From Alphaproteobacteria bacterium (GTDB lineage Bacteria > Pseudomonadota > Alphaproteobacteria > GCA-2746255), in the NCBI GenBank assembly GCA_965249135.1, contig OZ252220.1:1248001-1312000 (forward strand): DNA of 64,000 bases, read 5' to 3'. Below the pieces are notes generated by a model, which saw only the letters and a program-made list of their open reading frames with translations, searched no databases and had not been told where the DNA came from. The translations under genes were made by a program, and so were the position numbers. Shown one piece after another: positions 51,371 to 62,785 of the stretch. How positions within the stretch are numbered: the first letter of the stretch is position 1; every line of letters starts with the position of its first letter.

Positions 51371-52510
51371 CTCCAGCTCCAGCACGTGGCGTGCGAGCTT
51401 GTGCATCGCCGACGGCAGTGCGTAATCGCCGAACCGTTCCGGCGGGCACCAGACCGCGTTCTCGAGCACGCTCGTCCGGCCGCGCGTCTTAGCCGCAACG
51501 ACCTTAAGTTCCAGCCGGAAATGTGAAAATTCGTGCCGGACCGTGCCCGGCAAAAGCCGTTTGTGAAACAATTTCGCCTGGGGAAGCGGACTCTGCTTCA
51601 ACGCTTCGGCCAGCGTCCACGTGCCTTGCCGCCAGTCGGTGGAGGGGACTTCCATCATGCCGCCAAGCAGGCCTTGTTCCGGGCGGCGGCGAAGCAGAAC
51701 GGCGCCGTCGGCGCGCTGCAACCAGAAAGCAACCCCATGGCGGATGGGGCGGTGCGGGCGGGGGGAGCGCCGTGGAAGCTCGTCCACCAGCTTTTTCGCC
51801 TTCGCCTCGCAGCCGAAGGCCCAGGGGCAGTGGCCGCAGGCCGGATTGACCGGCCGGCAAATGGCGCTGCCGAGTTCCATGATCGCATGGGCATAGTCGC
51901 CGGGACGGCGGGCGGGCGTGAGCATGGCCGCGAGTTTGCGAATCTCACCCTTCGCCTTGGGCAGGGGATCCGTCACCGCAAAGAGCCGCGCGATCACGCG
52001 CTCGACATTGCCATCGACGACCGTCGCCGGCTTGCCGAAGGCGATGGCGGCGATCGCGGCGGCGCTGTAGGGGCCGATGCCGGGAAGGGCCAGCAGGTCT
52101 GCTTCGTCTTTGGGCAAGTGGCCGGCGTGCTCGTGCTGGACGATGCGGGCCGCGCGGTGGAGGTTGCGCGCCCGAGAGTAATAACCAAGGCCCTGCCAGA
52201 CGTGGAGCAAGGCGTCGAGATCGGCACCAGCCAGATCCTCAAGGGTCGGCCAGCGGGCGATGAATTTCTTGAAGTAGCGCTCCACGGTCGCGGCCTGGGT
52301 CTGCTGCAGCATCACTTCGCTGAGCCAGACCCGGTAGGGATCCGGCGTCTCGCCCGGCTGCGTGCGCCACACGAAGGAACGATGCCCGCGGTCGTACCAG
52401 CGAAAAAGAGCCGCCACCAGAGCGGTGCGATCCAGGCCAGGAGGTTTGCGAGGGCGCCTCCGAGGGATTTTGCGTTTTCTCGGCCTCATCCCGCTCGCCC
52501 TTCGTCTCAT
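51344..52510 (-). CDS. mutY: A/G-specific adenine glycosylase
   Basis: VWLSEVMLQQT, WQGLGYYSRARNL, LPGIGPY, VDGNVERV, Fe-S motif C-x6-C-x2-C-x5-C. Confidence 0.95.
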   Translation of the reverse strand: MRRRASGMRPRKRKIPRRRPRKPPGLDRTALVAALFRWYDRGHRSFVWRTQPGETPDPYRVWLSEVMLQQTQAATVERYFKKFIARWPTLEDLAGADLDALLHVWQGLGYYSRARNLHRAARIVQHEHAGHLPKDEADLLALPGIGPYSAAAIAAIAFGKPATVVDGNVERVIARLFAVTDPLPKAKGEIRKLAAMLTPARRPGDYAHAIMELGSAICRPVNPACGHCPWAFGCEAKAKKLVDELPRRSPRPHRPIRHGVAFWLQRADGAVLLRRRPEQGLLGGMMEVPSTDWRQGTWTLAEALKQSPLPQAKLFHKRLLPGTVRHEFSHFRLELKVVAAKTRGRTSVLENAVWCPPERFGDYALPSAMHKLARHVLELESVASARRP

Positions 52511-52595
52511 CGATTGCCCGCCTTTCGCTTCGGGCCTAGCATAGGCGAGAAAACCGGCCCATGGCCAAGGCCGGAAGATTAAGGAAACGCCTGCG

Positions 52596-53132
52596 ATGCC
52601 CGCTAAACGCATTGGGACCCGTTCCCTTGCCCAGCTCGTCCCGCGAATTACCCAAAAAGCGCTCGGCCGCCGGGGCGCCGCCGTGGCCGGCCTGATCACG
52701 AAATGGCCGGACATCGTCGGCCCCGCCATCGCCCGGGCCAGCCTGCCCAGGAAGCTCAGCTTTCCGAAGGGGGAGCGCGGCGGTGGCACGCTGCAGATCG
52801 CCGTCGCCGGCAGCCTGGCGACGGAACTTCAGCATTTGGAGCCGCAGGTGCTGGAGCGGATCAACGGCTTCTTCGGCTACGCGGCCGTCAAACGCTTACG
52901 TCTCATCCAGGACCTGACGGTGGGAGGCGAAAGGCAAAGGTACGTGGAAAAGGGCCGGCCGGCCGGGCCCGTGCCGGCCAAGGCCGCGACAGACTTGGGT
53001 GCGACAGACTTGGGTGCGACAGACTTGGGCGCGACAGGCGGGCGCGGTACGGGCGCTTCCGATGCCGAACTTCACGCGGCGCTTGGGCGTCTGGGCAGGA
53101 CCGTCCGGGAGGCGGCAAAGACCAAAAAGTGA
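52596..53132 (+). CDS. DUF721 / DciA-family protein
   Basis: WPDIVG, ELQH, ERINGFFGYAAV; mutY-DUF721-dsbA-smc synteny. Confidence 0.82.
   Translation: MPAKRIGTRSLAQLVPRITQKALGRRGAAVAGLITKWPDIVGPAIARASLPRKLSFPKGERGGGTLQIAVAGSLATELQHLEPQVLERINGFFGYAAVKRLRLIQDLTVGGERQRYVEKGRPAGPVPAKAATDLGATDLGATDLGATGGRGTGASDAELHAALGRLGRTVREAAKTKK
52986..53037. repeat. 15-bp tandem repeat x3 (GCGACAGACTTGGGT), encoding (ATDLG)3
   Basis: three near-exact copies in the DUF721 C-terminal linker. Confidence 0.93.
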
Positions 53133-53206
53133 GGGCAAAGAACCAGGAATCCTTGCCGATGCGCAGCTTGCCGGTCCCATCCCCCACCCCTATACTGCCC
53201 CGCAGC

Positions 53207-53860
53207 ATGCTATATCTTGTGGATAGGTGGCGGTGCATTCGCCATATCCTGTTTTTCCTGGTCCTTGCCCTGCCGCTGGCCGGGTGCGATTCAGGGAATG
53301 GGTCCGGCCGCACAGCCCAGGATCAGGCGCCGGGGCCGGTCCGCGCGCTCGGCGCAGAAGACGCCCCGGTCACCATCATCGATTACTCCTCGCTTACCTG
53401 CCCGCACTGCGCGAAGTTCCACAACGAGACCCTGCCGGCATTGAAGAAGAAATACATCGAGACCGGAAAGGTTCGGCTGGTCTACCGAAATTTCCCGCTC
53501 GACAACGTCGCCCACAAGGCGGCCATGCTTGTGAGCTGTGCGCCGGAAGGAAAATATTTCCAGCTTCTCGACATCCTGTTCGCACGCCAGCGCAATTGGG
53601 CGACGTCGGAGAACCCCAGAGCAGCCCTTGCGAACCTCGGAAAGATGACCGGCATCGATGAAAAGCGTTTCGATGCCTGCATGAACGATACGGATCTGGG
53701 CAGTTTGATTTTGGAAGAACGCCTCTATGGCGAGAAGACATACGAGATTCAATCGACGCCCACCTTCATCATCCATGGCGAAAACCATGTCGGCGTGCTT
53801 CCCATCGAAGACTTCGATGCGATCCTGGCGCCTCTTTTGAGCGAAGCGGGGGCAAACTGA
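53207..53860 (+). CDS. DsbA-family thioredoxin-fold lipoprotein
   Basis: lipobox LAGC, SLTCPHCAKFH, RNFPLD, STPTF. Confidence 0.9.
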   Translation: MLYLVDRWRCIRHILFFLVLALPLAGCDSGNGSGRTAQDQAPGPVRALGAEDAPVTIIDYSSLTCPHCAKFHNETLPALKKKYIETGKVRLVYRNFPLDNVAHKAAMLVSCAPEGKYFQLLDILFARQRNWATSENPRAALANLGKMTGIDEKRFDACMNDTDLGSLILEERLYGEKTYEIQSTPTFIIHGENHVGVLPIEDFDAILAPLLSEAGAN

Positions 53861-53861
53861 C

Positions 53862-56800
53862 GTGCAGTTCCTGAAACTCACGCTCGCCGGTTTCAAGTCC
53901 TTCATCGATTCGACGGAGCTGCCGATCGAACCCGGGCTTACCGGCATCGTCGGACCGAACGGCTGCGGCAAGTCGAACCTCGTCGAGGCGCTGCGCTGGT
54001 CGATGGGCGAAACCAGCGCAAAGCAGATGCGCGGCGGCGAGATGAACGACGTGATCTTCAGCGGAACATCGGAGCGGCCTGCCCGCAACCTTGCCGAGGT
54101 CATCCTGCATCTCGACAATCGGGACCGCATGGCACCGGCGATGTTCAACGATCAGAGCGAGCTGCAGGTCTCGCGGCGGATCGAACGTGGGGAGGGATCT
54201 CTTTACCGGGTGAACGGCAGCGACGTCCGGGCCAAGGACGTCCAGCTTCTGTTCGCCGATGCGACGACCGGCGCACGGTCGACAGCCCTGGTGAGCCAGG
54301 GCCGGATCGGCGCCATCATCAACGCGAAGCCACAGGAGCGGCGCGGCCTGCTCGAGGCGGCGGCGGGAATCGCCGGCCTGCACAGCCGCCGCCATGAGGC
54401 CGAGCTTCGCCTGCGCGCCGCGGAAACGAATCTGGGACGCGTCGACGACGTGATCGAGACGCTCGAGGTCCAGCTCAAGGGACTGAAACGCCAATCCCGC
54501 CAAGCTTCCCGCTACCGGCGCTTGAGCGAACGCATCCGCGAGGTGGAAGCCCTGCTGCTTCACCTGAAATGGATCGAGGCCTCGGCGGCGGTCGAGAGCG
54601 CCGAACAAAACCTTGGTCACGGGGAAGTGGACGTCTCGGAACGCACCCGGCAATCCGCAGCGGCAGCCACGGTCCAGGCCGAAGTGGCGGCGATCCTGCC
54701 GGACCTGCGCAAAGCGGAAGCCGCGGCCGCCGCCGAGCTTCAGCGCATGCTTCTGGCCCGCGACGGGCTGGACGCCGAGGAGGCGCGCATCCAGTCCGCC
54801 CAACGCGAATGCACCGAGCGGCTCGCCCAGATCGAAAGCGATCTCACCCGCGAGCAGGCGCTCGTCCGCGATGGGGCGGAAGCCTTGGGGCGCTTGGAAG
54901 AGGAACGTAAAGTCCTGATCGCGTCGCGCGAAGGCGAAGCGGGGGCCCAAACCAAAGCCGCCGAACGGCTGGCCGGGGCAAGCGCCGAGGTCGATGCGCT
55001 CGAAACCGAGCTTACCCATCTCACGGAACGGGTCGCCGCCGACGAGGCGCGGAAGGCGAATTTGGCCGAGGAGATCCGGGACCTCGACGGACGGCGCGGG
55101 CGCCTCGACGAACAGGCGAGCGAAATCGACGGACGGCGCAACCAGCTTCAGGCGGAAGGCGTAGAGCCGGCCGCCCATGAGGAAACCGAGCGCGCGATTG
55201 CCACCGCAGTGACCGCTGTCCGTCAAGCGCGCGAAGCGATGGACCGGGCAGATCAGAACCGTCTCGCGTTGAATGAAAAGGCGAGCGAGGCTAGAAGCTC
55301 GCTCCACGAAGCAGAAGCGGTGCTAACCAGGCTGCGTGCCGAGGAAGCGGCGTTATCCGAACTTCTCGAGGGTGCGGAGATCGGAAACTGGACGCCGCTT
55401 CTCGATTCGGTTGCCGTCACATCCGGTTACGAGGCTGCCCTTGGGGCCGCCCTTGGCGACGATCTGAGTGCTGCGATCGATTTGGACGCGCCGATCCACT
55501 GGCGGGCGACCGCGAAGGGGAATGACGCGCCACTTCCCGAAGGGGCGGCGCCACTTAACCAGTTCGTCCAGGCGCCGGAGATGTTGCATCGCCGGCTTTC
55601 GCAAATCGGCGCCGTTCCGGATGGACCAAGCGGTGCCCGGCTTGCCGCTTCGCTCCGCCAGGGCCAACGGTTGGTGAGCCAGGCGGGGGATCTTTGGCGG
55701 TGGGACGGTTTCGAGATCCGTGCCGGCGCCGCGACGGCGGCGGCGACGCGGCTGCGCCAGCGCAACCGGTTGCAGGAACTGCGTGGCGAATTGGTGCGCG
55801 CCGAGAGCGTGTTGACCCAGCGCGCCGAGGAAGACCGAAGCGCGCAAACGGCAGCCGAGGGTGCGGCAAAGGCGGAGCGTATCTCGCGCGATGGGCTTTC
55901 GGAAGCGGAAGGCGCCCTTGCCCGGACCCGGGAGGCCCAAACGACGCTCGCTCGCAAGAGCGCGGAAACCGATTCTCGGTTGCTCGCGCTTGAGGAAGGC
56001 GAGCAGCGCATCGGCAGCGACCGCGAGGAGACGGAAACCAGAATCCGGTTGGTGACGGAGGCGCTTGGCCAACTCGGCAATCTTCAAGAAGCGCGCAGCA
56101 CCGTCGAAGCGAAACGCCAAGCGCTTTCGAAGCGGCGGATCGTCATGTTCGAATGTCAGGCCACCCACGATCGCCTCCGTCAGGAGGGTGCTGCACGCAC
56201 CTCGCGGCTGCATGCGATCGAGGCCGAGGCCATTTCCTGGCAGAAACAGGCGGAAGGTGCGCAGCGCCAGCAGAGGCTCCTGAAGGAAAGGCACCTGGCC
56301 GCCGACGAGGAGCAGCGGCGTCTGGCCGCGCTGCCTGAGGAAATCACCACGCAACGCGGCGAGCTTATCGCCCGCATCGAGGTGGCCGAGAAGGTCCGCC
56401 AGACGGCGGCCGATCGCCTGGCGGAAGGGGAAAGCCGGCTCGGCGAAAAGGACAAGGCGCTGAAGGCGGCGGAGGCGCAACTCGCGGAAGGCCGGGAAAA
56501 CCGCATCCGTCTGGAGGCCGCAGTCACCCAAGCCGTCCAGGCCCGCCAGGTGCTCAATGAGCGGATCCGCGAACGCCTCGAATGCGCGCCGGAAGAGGCG
56601 GCAGACGTGGCCGGCCTGAAGGAGGACGCCGAGCCGCCCGACCCGGTGGAGATCGAAGCGAAGCTCGACCGCTACATGCGGGAGCGCGAACGCATGGGCC
56701 CGGTCAATTTGCGCGCGGAAGCGGAAGCCGAAGAGCTTCAGGAACGCATCGGTGCGATGACGACGGACCGCGAAGACCTAGTGGCGGCGATCGCGCGCCT

Positions 56801-57320
56801 TCGCAAGGGCATTGCCGCGCTGAACCAGGAAGGCGAAGCGCGCCTGCAGGCCGCGTTCACCCAGGTCGATACCCATTTCCGCGAGCTGTTCGTGCGGCTG
56901 TTCGGCGGCGGCAAGGCGCATCTGAAACTGACCGAATCGGAGGATCCCCTCGAGGTGGGCCTCGAGATCATGGCAAGCCCGCCCGGTAAGCGGTTGCAGA
57001 TCATGTCGCTGCTTTCCGGCGGCGAGCAGGCACTGACGGCGATCGCGCTTCTGTTTGCCGTCTTCCTCACGAATCCGGCCCCGATCTGCGTCCTCGACGA
57101 GGTCGACGCGCCGCTGGACGATGCGAATGTGGACCGTTTCTGCACGCTGGTTGAGGAAATCGCCCACAGCTCGAAGACGCGTTTTTTGGTCATCACCCAC
57201 CACCGCATGACGATGTCCCGGATGGACCGCCTGTTCGGCGTGACGATGGGCGAACGGGGCGTTTCGCAATTGGTTTCCGTCGATCTTCAGGGCGCCGAAC
57301 GGATGCGCGCAACCGCCTAA
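53862..57320 (+). CDS. smc: chromosome segregation protein SMC
   Basis: GPNGCGKSN, long coiled coils, LLSGGEQ, LDEVDAPLD, ITH. Confidence 0.97.
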   Translation: MQFLKLTLAGFKSFIDSTELPIEPGLTGIVGPNGCGKSNLVEALRWSMGETSAKQMRGGEMNDVIFSGTSERPARNLAEVILHLDNRDRMAPAMFNDQSELQVSRRIERGEGSLYRVNGSDVRAKDVQLLFADATTGARSTALVSQGRIGAIINAKPQERRGLLEAAAGIAGLHSRRHEAELRLRAAETNLGRVDDVIETLEVQLKGLKRQSRQASRYRRLSERIREVEALLLHLKWIEASAAVESAEQNLGHGEVDVSERTRQSAAAATVQAEVAAILPDLRKAEAAAAAELQRMLLARDGLDAEEARIQSAQRECTERLAQIESDLTREQALVRDGAEALGRLEEERKVLIASREGEAGAQTKAAERLAGASAEVDALETELTHLTERVAADEARKANLAEEIRDLDGRRGRLDEQASEIDGRRNQLQAEGVEPAAHEETERAIATAVTAVRQAREAMDRADQNRLALNEKASEARSSLHEAEAVLTRLRAEEAALSELLEGAEIGNWTPLLDSVAVTSGYEAALGAALGDDLSAAIDLDAPIHWRATAKGNDAPLPEGAAPLNQFVQAPEMLHRRLSQIGAVPDGPSGARLAASLRQGQRLVSQAGDLWRWDGFEIRAGAATAAATRLRQRNRLQELRGELVRAESVLTQRAEEDRSAQTAAEGAAKAERISRDGLSEAEGALARTREAQTTLARKSAETDSRLLALEEGEQRIGSDREETETRIRLVTEALGQLGNLQEARSTVEAKRQALSKRRIVMFECQATHDRLRQEGAARTSRLHAIEAEAISWQKQAEGAQRQQRLLKERHLAADEEQRRLAALPEEITTQRGELIARIEVAEKVRQTAADRLAEGESRLGEKDKALKAAEAQLAEGRENRIRLEAAVTQAVQARQVLNERIRERLECAPEEAADVAGLKEDAEPPDPVEIEAKLDRYMRERERMGPVNLRAEAEAEELQERIGAMTTDREDLVAAIARLRKGIAALNQEGEARLQAAFTQVDTHFRELFVRLFGGGKAHLKLTESEDPLEVGLEIMASPPGKRLQIMSLLSGGEQALTAIALLFAVFLTNPAPICVLDEVDAPLDDANVDRFCTLVEEIAHSSKTRFLVITHHRMTMSRMDRLFGVTMGERGVSQLVSVDLQGAERMRATA

Positions 57321-57395
57321 AGGGGCGGCACAATATTCGTATAACCCTATGAAAAAAAATACTTTTTTCTGCTTCTGGCGGGCGGGCGCCCATGC

Positions 57396-57424
57396 TTGAC
57401 AGTGCGAAACCCCGCACCTATGTT
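57396..57424 (+). promoter_or_regulatory. sigma70-type promoter of the atp F0 operon
   Basis: TTGACA-17 nt-TATGTT. Confidence 0.65.
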
Positions 57425-57456
57425 GCCCCGAACTTCGCGCCTAGTGCTCTTTGCGA

Positions 57457-57819
57457 ATGCGCAAACACAACGTGCCGATGGTAGAAGACGAACGGCCACC
57501 TTCGCTCGACGATCCGGCGCTCGACGATCTGGAAAGCCGGATCCAGAAGGCCCGCGCGGCGCAGCCCGCGGCCGGACCCGATACTCCCCGGCCATCGCCC
57601 GTTGGGGCAGCACTTCGTCTGGCCGTCGAAATGGTATCGGCGTTGTTCGTCGGCGCAGGCATGGGCTGGCTGTTGGACGAATGGCTGGGCACCAAGCCAT
57701 GGCTTTTGTTGGTGTTCCTGCTCCTTGGAGCTGCCGGGGGGATGTTAAACGTATACCGGACCGGAAGACGCCTCAGTGCTTCGTCCGAAGAAGAACATAA
57801 ACGAGGGGATGGCGGTTAA
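57457..57819 (+). CDS. atpI: ATP synthase protein I (AtpZ/AtpI family)
   Basis: EMVSALFVGAGMGWLLDEWLGTKPW...LGAAGGMLNVYR. Confidence 0.85.
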   Translation: MRKHNVPMVEDERPPSLDDPALDDLESRIQKARAAQPAAGPDTPRPSPVGAALRLAVEMVSALFVGAGMGWLLDEWLGTKPWLLLVFLLLGAAGGMLNVYRTGRRLSASSEEEHKRGDGG

Positions 57820-57849
57820 GCCACCCTTCAAGCGGCGAGAGGAAGTGGA

Positions 57850-58584
57850 GTGGCAGCCGAGCACAGCCCATTAGAACAATTCGCGATCACGCGGCTCGTC
57901 GAGCTTGAGGTCGGCGGCGTGGACGTGTCGTTCACGAATTCATCGGCGATGATGGTTGCCGTCATCGTCCTTATCACACTCTTCATGGGCTTAAGCATGC
58001 GCCGCCACGCCATGGTACCGAGCCGATGGCAGCTCATGGCGGAACTCAGTTACGAATTCATTGCGAAGACCGTGAGAGACACCATCGGCGCGGAAGGAAA
58101 ACGCTTCTTTCCGTTCGTCTTCACGCTCTTCATGTTCATCCTGTTCAGCAATACCCTTGGCCTGATCCCGCACAGCTTCACGGTGACCAGCCACATCATC
58201 GTCACCTTCGCATTGGCGTCCTTCATCTTCCTCAGCGTGACGCTGCTGGGATTCATCCGCCATGGCCTGAAGTTCCTGACGTTCTTCCTGCCGCCGGGGG
58301 TGCCGGTGTTCCTTGCCCCCCTGCTCGTCCCGATCGAGCTTATTTCCTATCTCTCGCGCCCGGTGAGCCTTTCCGTGCGTCTGGCCGCAAACATGCTGGC
58401 CGGCCATACGATGCTGGCCGTGTTCGCCGGATTTGTCGTCGCCCTTGGGCTGTTCGGGGTCGCCCCTTTCATCTTCATCGTTCTGCTTTACGGACTCGAG
58501 ACGCTGGTGGCTTGTCTGCAGGCTTACGTGTTCGCCGTGCTGACCTGCATCTACATCAGCGATTCGATTCACCTGCATCACTAG
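57850..58584 (+). CDS. atpB: F0 ATP synthase subunit a
   Basis: SPLEQF, SLSVRLAANMLAGH, LQAYVF. Confidence 0.96.
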   Translation: MAAEHSPLEQFAITRLVELEVGGVDVSFTNSSAMMVAVIVLITLFMGLSMRRHAMVPSRWQLMAELSYEFIAKTVRDTIGAEGKRFFPFVFTLFMFILFSNTLGLIPHSFTVTSHIIVTFALASFIFLSVTLLGFIRHGLKFLTFFLPPGVPVFLAPLLVPIELISYLSRPVSLSVRLAANMLAGHTMLAVFAGFVVALGLFGVAPFIFIVLLYGLETLVACLQAYVFAVLTCIYISDSIHLHH

Positions 58585-58639
58585 GCCACCTGCATCACTG
58601 GGAAGAAAGCGGAACGGTTTGTTTGACCATTCAACCTAA

Positions 58640-58882
<243 letters not shown>

Positions 58883-58924
58883 GCCGAAAGGCAAGCCCAA
58901 AAGAGCTTTCCAAGGAGACCCCGC

Positions 58925-59446
58925 ATGCCGCAGATGGTCATTCCGGATTACGCGCCGCAAGTCGTATGGCTCGTTATTACCTTTGTCGCGCTTTACTTCG
59001 CCATGGCGAAGCTGGCGTTGCCGAAGATCGAGCGCGTGCTCGAGGAGCGCCGGAGGCGGATCGACTCCAATCTCGAACGCGCCACAACATTGAAGGAAGA
59101 GGCCGACGCCGCCGCCAGGGCCTATGAAAAAACCCTCGCCAAGGCCCGCGATGCGGCGCACGAGGCGCTTCGGCAATCCGCACAAGAATTTTCGAAGGAA
59201 GCCGACAGGCGAACGGCGGTCTTCGATCGAGAGCTCGGTGAAAAGACGAAGGCGGCGGAGGGGCGCATCCAGGACTCCCGCGAAAAGGCCTATGCGGAGA
59301 TCCGGGACGTCGCCATCGAGGTGGCGGCCGAGGCCGCCGCCAAGCTGATCGGCGAAGCGGTGTCGAGGGAGAAGGTCATTCGGGCCGTCGACCAGACACG
59401 AGAGGGCCAGACACGAGAGGGCCAGACGCAAGAGGGGAAGACGTGA
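58925..59446 (+). CDS. F0 ATP synthase subunit b'
   Basis: MPQ...QVVWL TM followed by a charged helix. Confidence 0.9.
   Translation: MPQMVIPDYAPQVVWLVITFVALYFAMAKLALPKIERVLEERRRRIDSNLERATTLKEEADAAARAYEKTLAKARDAAHEALRQSAQEFSKEADRRTAVFDRELGEKTKAAEGRIQDSREKAYAEIRDVAIEVAAEAAAKLIGEAVSREKVIRAVDQTREGQTREGQTQEGKT
59392..59436. repeat. 15-bp tandem repeat x3 (CCAGACACGAGAGGG), encoding QTREG-QTREG-QTQEG
   Basis: two exact copies and one degenerate copy at the b' C-terminus. Confidence 0.9.
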
Positions 59447-59928
59447 TGTTCGAATCGCTCTTCTTCTGGGAGGCACTGGCCTTTGCGATCTTCGTGTTCG
59501 CCGTCTTCAAGCCGATCCGGAACAAGGTTCTGGGCATGCTGGACCAACGCATCCATGCCATCCGCTCGGAGATCGAAGAGGCGGAGCGCTTGCGCGAAGA
59601 GGCTCAAACGACGCTTGCCAGCTTCCAGCGAAAACAGCGGGACGCGGCGAAGGAGGCCGAGCAGATCCTGGCCCATGCCAAGGAAGAGGCGGGCCGCCTT
59701 CATGAAGAAGGCCTGAAGAACCTTAGGGCGGTGTTTGAACGGCGCAAACGCATGGCCGAGGAAAACATCGGCCAGGCGGAGCTGGAAGCAAAACGCGAAA
59801 TCCACAGCTACGCCGTCGAGCTTGCGGTGGCAGCCGCGGCCAAGGTGCTGGCCGAGAGCCTGGATGCGAAGAAAGCGGACCGATTGGTCGACCAGGCAAT
59901 CGCCGAAATGCCCGACAAGCTTCACTAG
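59443..59928 (+). CDS. atpF: F0 ATP synthase subunit b
   Basis: FFW...TM, LDQR, EAERLREEA. Confidence 0.9.
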   Translation: MMFESLFFWEALAFAIFVFAVFKPIRNKVLGMLDQRIHAIRSEIEEAERLREEAQTTLASFQRKQRDAAKEAEQILAHAKEEAGRLHEEGLKNLRAVFERRKRMAEENIGQAELEAKREIHSYAVELAVAAAAKVLAESLDAKKADRLVDQAIAEMPDKLH

Positions 59929-59948
59929 GAATTTCGAGAGAACGCTCC

Positions 59949-61448
59949 TTAAGCCCCCGGCCGCCAGCGAAGGACGGGGTGGCGAGCGGCCTGGGTTTCG
60001 TCCAGGCGGCGGCGCGGAGCAAATCTGGGCGCTTCTTGAAAATGGGTCACTTGGCCTGCCTTCAGCCGAGCCACCAGCGCCTTCACGGTTGCGATGAAGT
60101 GGTCGAGGCCTTCCTTGCTTTCGCATTCGGTGGGTTCCATGAGGAGCGCCCCGTGAACGACCAGCGGAAAATAGATCGTCATCGGATGGAAGCCCTCGTC
60201 GATCAGCGCTTTTGCGAAGTCGAGCGTCGTGATCCCGTGGGCGCGGAAGACCGCATCGTCGAACAGCGCCTCGTGCATGCAGGGTCCCGGATAGGGCGCG
60301 GAGAGTTCGTTCTTGAGCGAGGCGAGCAGGTAGTTCGCATTGAGGACGGCATCCTCGGCCACCTGACGCAGCCCGTCCCCGCCATAGCTCAGCATGTAGG
60401 TGAGCGCGCGGATGAACATGCCCATTTGGCCGTGAAAGCCTTTCAGCCGGCCGAACGCCTTCGTGTCGGCCGGCGCGTCCCTCTCCCCTTCGATCAGACG
60501 CAGGCCATCGTCGTCATGGACGAGGAAGGGGTAGGGAGCAAAGGCGCTTAAATCCTCCGACAGCGCCACCGGGCCCGCACCCGGGCCGCCGCCGCCATGG
60601 GGCGTCGAGAAGGTCTTGTGCAGATTGATGTGCATGCAGTCGATGCCCAAATCGACGGGCCGCACCCGGCCGACGATCGCATTGAAATTGGCGCCGTCCG
60701 CATAGAGAAAACCGCCGGCATCGTGGATGGCACGTGCGACTTCCAGGATCTCGTTCTCGAAGAGGCCGCAGGTGTTCGGGTTCGTCAGCATGACCGCGGC
60801 TACGTCAGGCCCAAGTTTCGACCGAAAGGCGTGTAAGTCCATCCGCCCCCGCGCATCACCTGGCACCGGGTCCACCCGATAGCCAAGCGAGGCGGCCGTC
60901 GCCGGATTCGTCCCATGGGCCGATTCGGGCACCAGCACGCGGGCGCGAACGTCGCCTCGCTCGGCGAGCGCGGCGCGGATCGTCATCATGCCGCAGAGCT
61001 CGCCCTGGGCGCCGGCGGCCGGCGACATGGCGATGGCGTGCAGGCCCGTCAATACCTTCAGCCAAGCCGCCACCCGATCGATCACCTTGAGCGCGCCCTG
61101 AACGGTGGCGAAGGGCTGAAGGGGATGGAGGCTCGCAAAGCCGGCAAGCCGCGCCGTCTTTTCGTTGAGCCTCGGATTGTGCTTCATGGTGCAGGACCCC
61201 AGTGGATAGAAACCGGTGTCGATGCTGAAGTTCTTCTGGCTGAGGCGGGTGAAGTGGCGAATCACCTGGGGCTCCGAAAGACCGGGAAGCCCGATTTCTG
61301 CCTTTCGCTCGAGACCGCCCAGGCGGTTTTTCTCCGCATTCGGCGTGGGCAGATCGACCCCCGATCGGCCCTTGGCGCCCTGCTCGAAGAGGAGCGGTTC
61401 TTCGAAATCGAGCCCATGATGGCCGGACGTCGTCCTTTCCCCTCTCAT
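59949..61448 (-). CDS. gcvPB: glycine dehydrogenase subunit 2
   Basis: [35 protein letters not shown]. Confidence 0.96.
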   Translation of the reverse strand: MRGERTTSGHHGLDFEEPLLFEQGAKGRSGVDLPTPNAEKNRLGGLERKAEIGLPGLSEPQVIRHFTRLSQKNFSIDTGFYPLGSCTMKHNPRLNEKTARLAGFASLHPLQPFATVQGALKVIDRVAAWLKVLTGLHAIAMSPAAGAQGELCGMMTIRAALAERGDVRARVLVPESAHGTNPATAASLGYRVDPVPGDARGRMDLHAFRSKLGPDVAAVMLTNPNTCGLFENEILEVARAIHDAGGFLYADGANFNAIVGRVRPVDLGIDCMHINLHKTFSTPHGGGGPGAGPVALSEDLSAFAPYPFLVHDDDGLRLIEGERDAPADTKAFGRLKGFHGQMGMFIRALTYMLSYGGDGLRQVAEDAVLNANYLLASLKNELSAPYPGPCMHEALFDDAVFRAHGITTLDFAKALIDEGFHPMTIYFPLVVHGALLMEPTECESKEGLDHFIATVKALVARLKAGQVTHFQEAPRFAPRRRLDETQAARHPVLRWRPGA

Positions 61449-62785
61449 GGCGTGAGCCCCTTCAGGCCAGCGAGAAGGGCTTCCATGTCACCTTCTTTCG
61501 TTAACTCCGTCACCGCCACGAGCAGATGGTTCGCGATCTCCTTTTCGCCTGGGTAAAGGCGCGACAATGGAACGCCTGCGAGCAACCGGCGTTCCGCCAA
61601 GCGGTCGACGGCTTCGGCGGCGGCAACGGGAAGGCGGACGGTGAACTCGTTGAAGAAGGCCGGCGTCACAATTTCGATATCCGGCAGCTTCTCAAGTTTT
61701 TCGGCAAGCAAAACCGCCTTTTCGTGATTGATCAAGGCCAGGCGGCGCAAGCCTTCCTCGCCAAGCAGGGCCGCATGCACGGTAAAGGCGAGCGCGCAAA
61801 GGCCGGAATTCGTGCAGATGTTGCTGGTCGCCTTTTCGCGGCGGATATGCTGCTCCCGCGTGGAAAGGGTAAGCACCCAGCCGCGCCTGCCGTCGACGTC
61901 CACCGTCTCACCGCAAAGCCTTCCCGGCATCTGACGGACGAACCTCTCGCGAGACGCCAAGAGGCCGACGGTCGGTCCGCCGAAATTGAGCGCATTGCCG
62001 AAGGACTGGCCCTCGGCGGCGACAATATCGGCCCCCATCTCGCCCGGGCTTTTGATCGCGCCCAAGGAAAGCGCCTCCGTAACGACGGCGATCAACAACG
62101 CGCCCTGCGCCTCGCAGGCCGCGGAAATCTCGCTTAAGTCTCTGATATTTCCGAAGAAATCAGGGTTCTGGACGACGACGCAGGCGGTCTCGGGACCGAT
62201 CTTGGGTTTGAGCACCTCGCCTCCTTCTACTTTAAGCGGCAGCGTCTCGATGTCACCGCCGCGGACAAGCGTGCTTGCCACGTCCCGGTAGTGGGGATGC
62301 AGGCCGCCGGAAAGGAGCACGCGATCGCGCCGCGTCACCCGCCTTGCCATCAGGATCGCCTCGGCCGTGGCGGTTGCCCCGTCGTACATGGAAGCGTTCG
62401 CCACCTCCATTCCGGTGAGAAGGGCCACCTGGGTCTGGAATTCGAAAAGCGTTTGCAGCGTGCCTTGGGAAATTTCCGGCTGATAGGGCGTGTAGGCGGT
62501 AAGGAACTCGCCACGCTGAATCAAATGATCGACGGCGGCCGGCACGAAATGGCGATAAAGACCGGCGCCGAGAAAACTCGGCACGGAACCCGCATCCATG
62601 TTCTTCGAGGCAAGGTCCGAAAGGATCCGTTCGACTTCCATCTCCCCCAAATGATCGGGAAGATCGAGCGGACCCGAAAGCCGAGCCTGCTTCGGCACGT
62701 CGACAAAGAGATCGTCAACGGAATTCGCACCGATCGTTTCCAGCATCTTCTGACGGTCCTTGTCCGTCAGCGGCAGGTAACGCAT
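61445..62785 (-). CDS. gcvPA: glycine dehydrogenase subunit 1
   Basis: [33 protein letters not shown]. Confidence 0.96.
   Translation of the reverse strand: MRYLPLTDKDRQKMLETIGANSVDDLFVDVPKQARLSGPLDLPDHLGEMEVERILSDLASKNMDAGSVPSFLGAGLYRHFVPAAVDHLIQRGEFLTAYTPYQPEISQGTLQTLFEFQTQVALLTGMEVANASMYDGATATAEAILMARRVTRRDRVLLSGGLHPHYRDVASTLVRGGDIETLPLKVEGGEVLKPKIGPETACVVVQNPDFFGNIRDLSEISAACEAQGALLIAVVTEALSLGAIKSPGEMGADIVAAEGQSFGNALNFGGPTVGLLASRERFVRQMPGRLCGETVDVDGRRGWVLTLSTREQHIRREKATSNICTNSGLCALAFTVHAALLGEEGLRRLALINHEKAVLLAEKLEKLPDIEIVTPAFFNEFTVRLPVAAAEAVDRLAERRLLAGVPLSRLYPGEKEIANHLLVAVTELTKEGDMEALLAGLKGLTP

Noticed and set aside
52986-53037. 15-bp repeats as a CRISPR array
   Set aside because: Head-to-tail units with no spacers, and no cas genes
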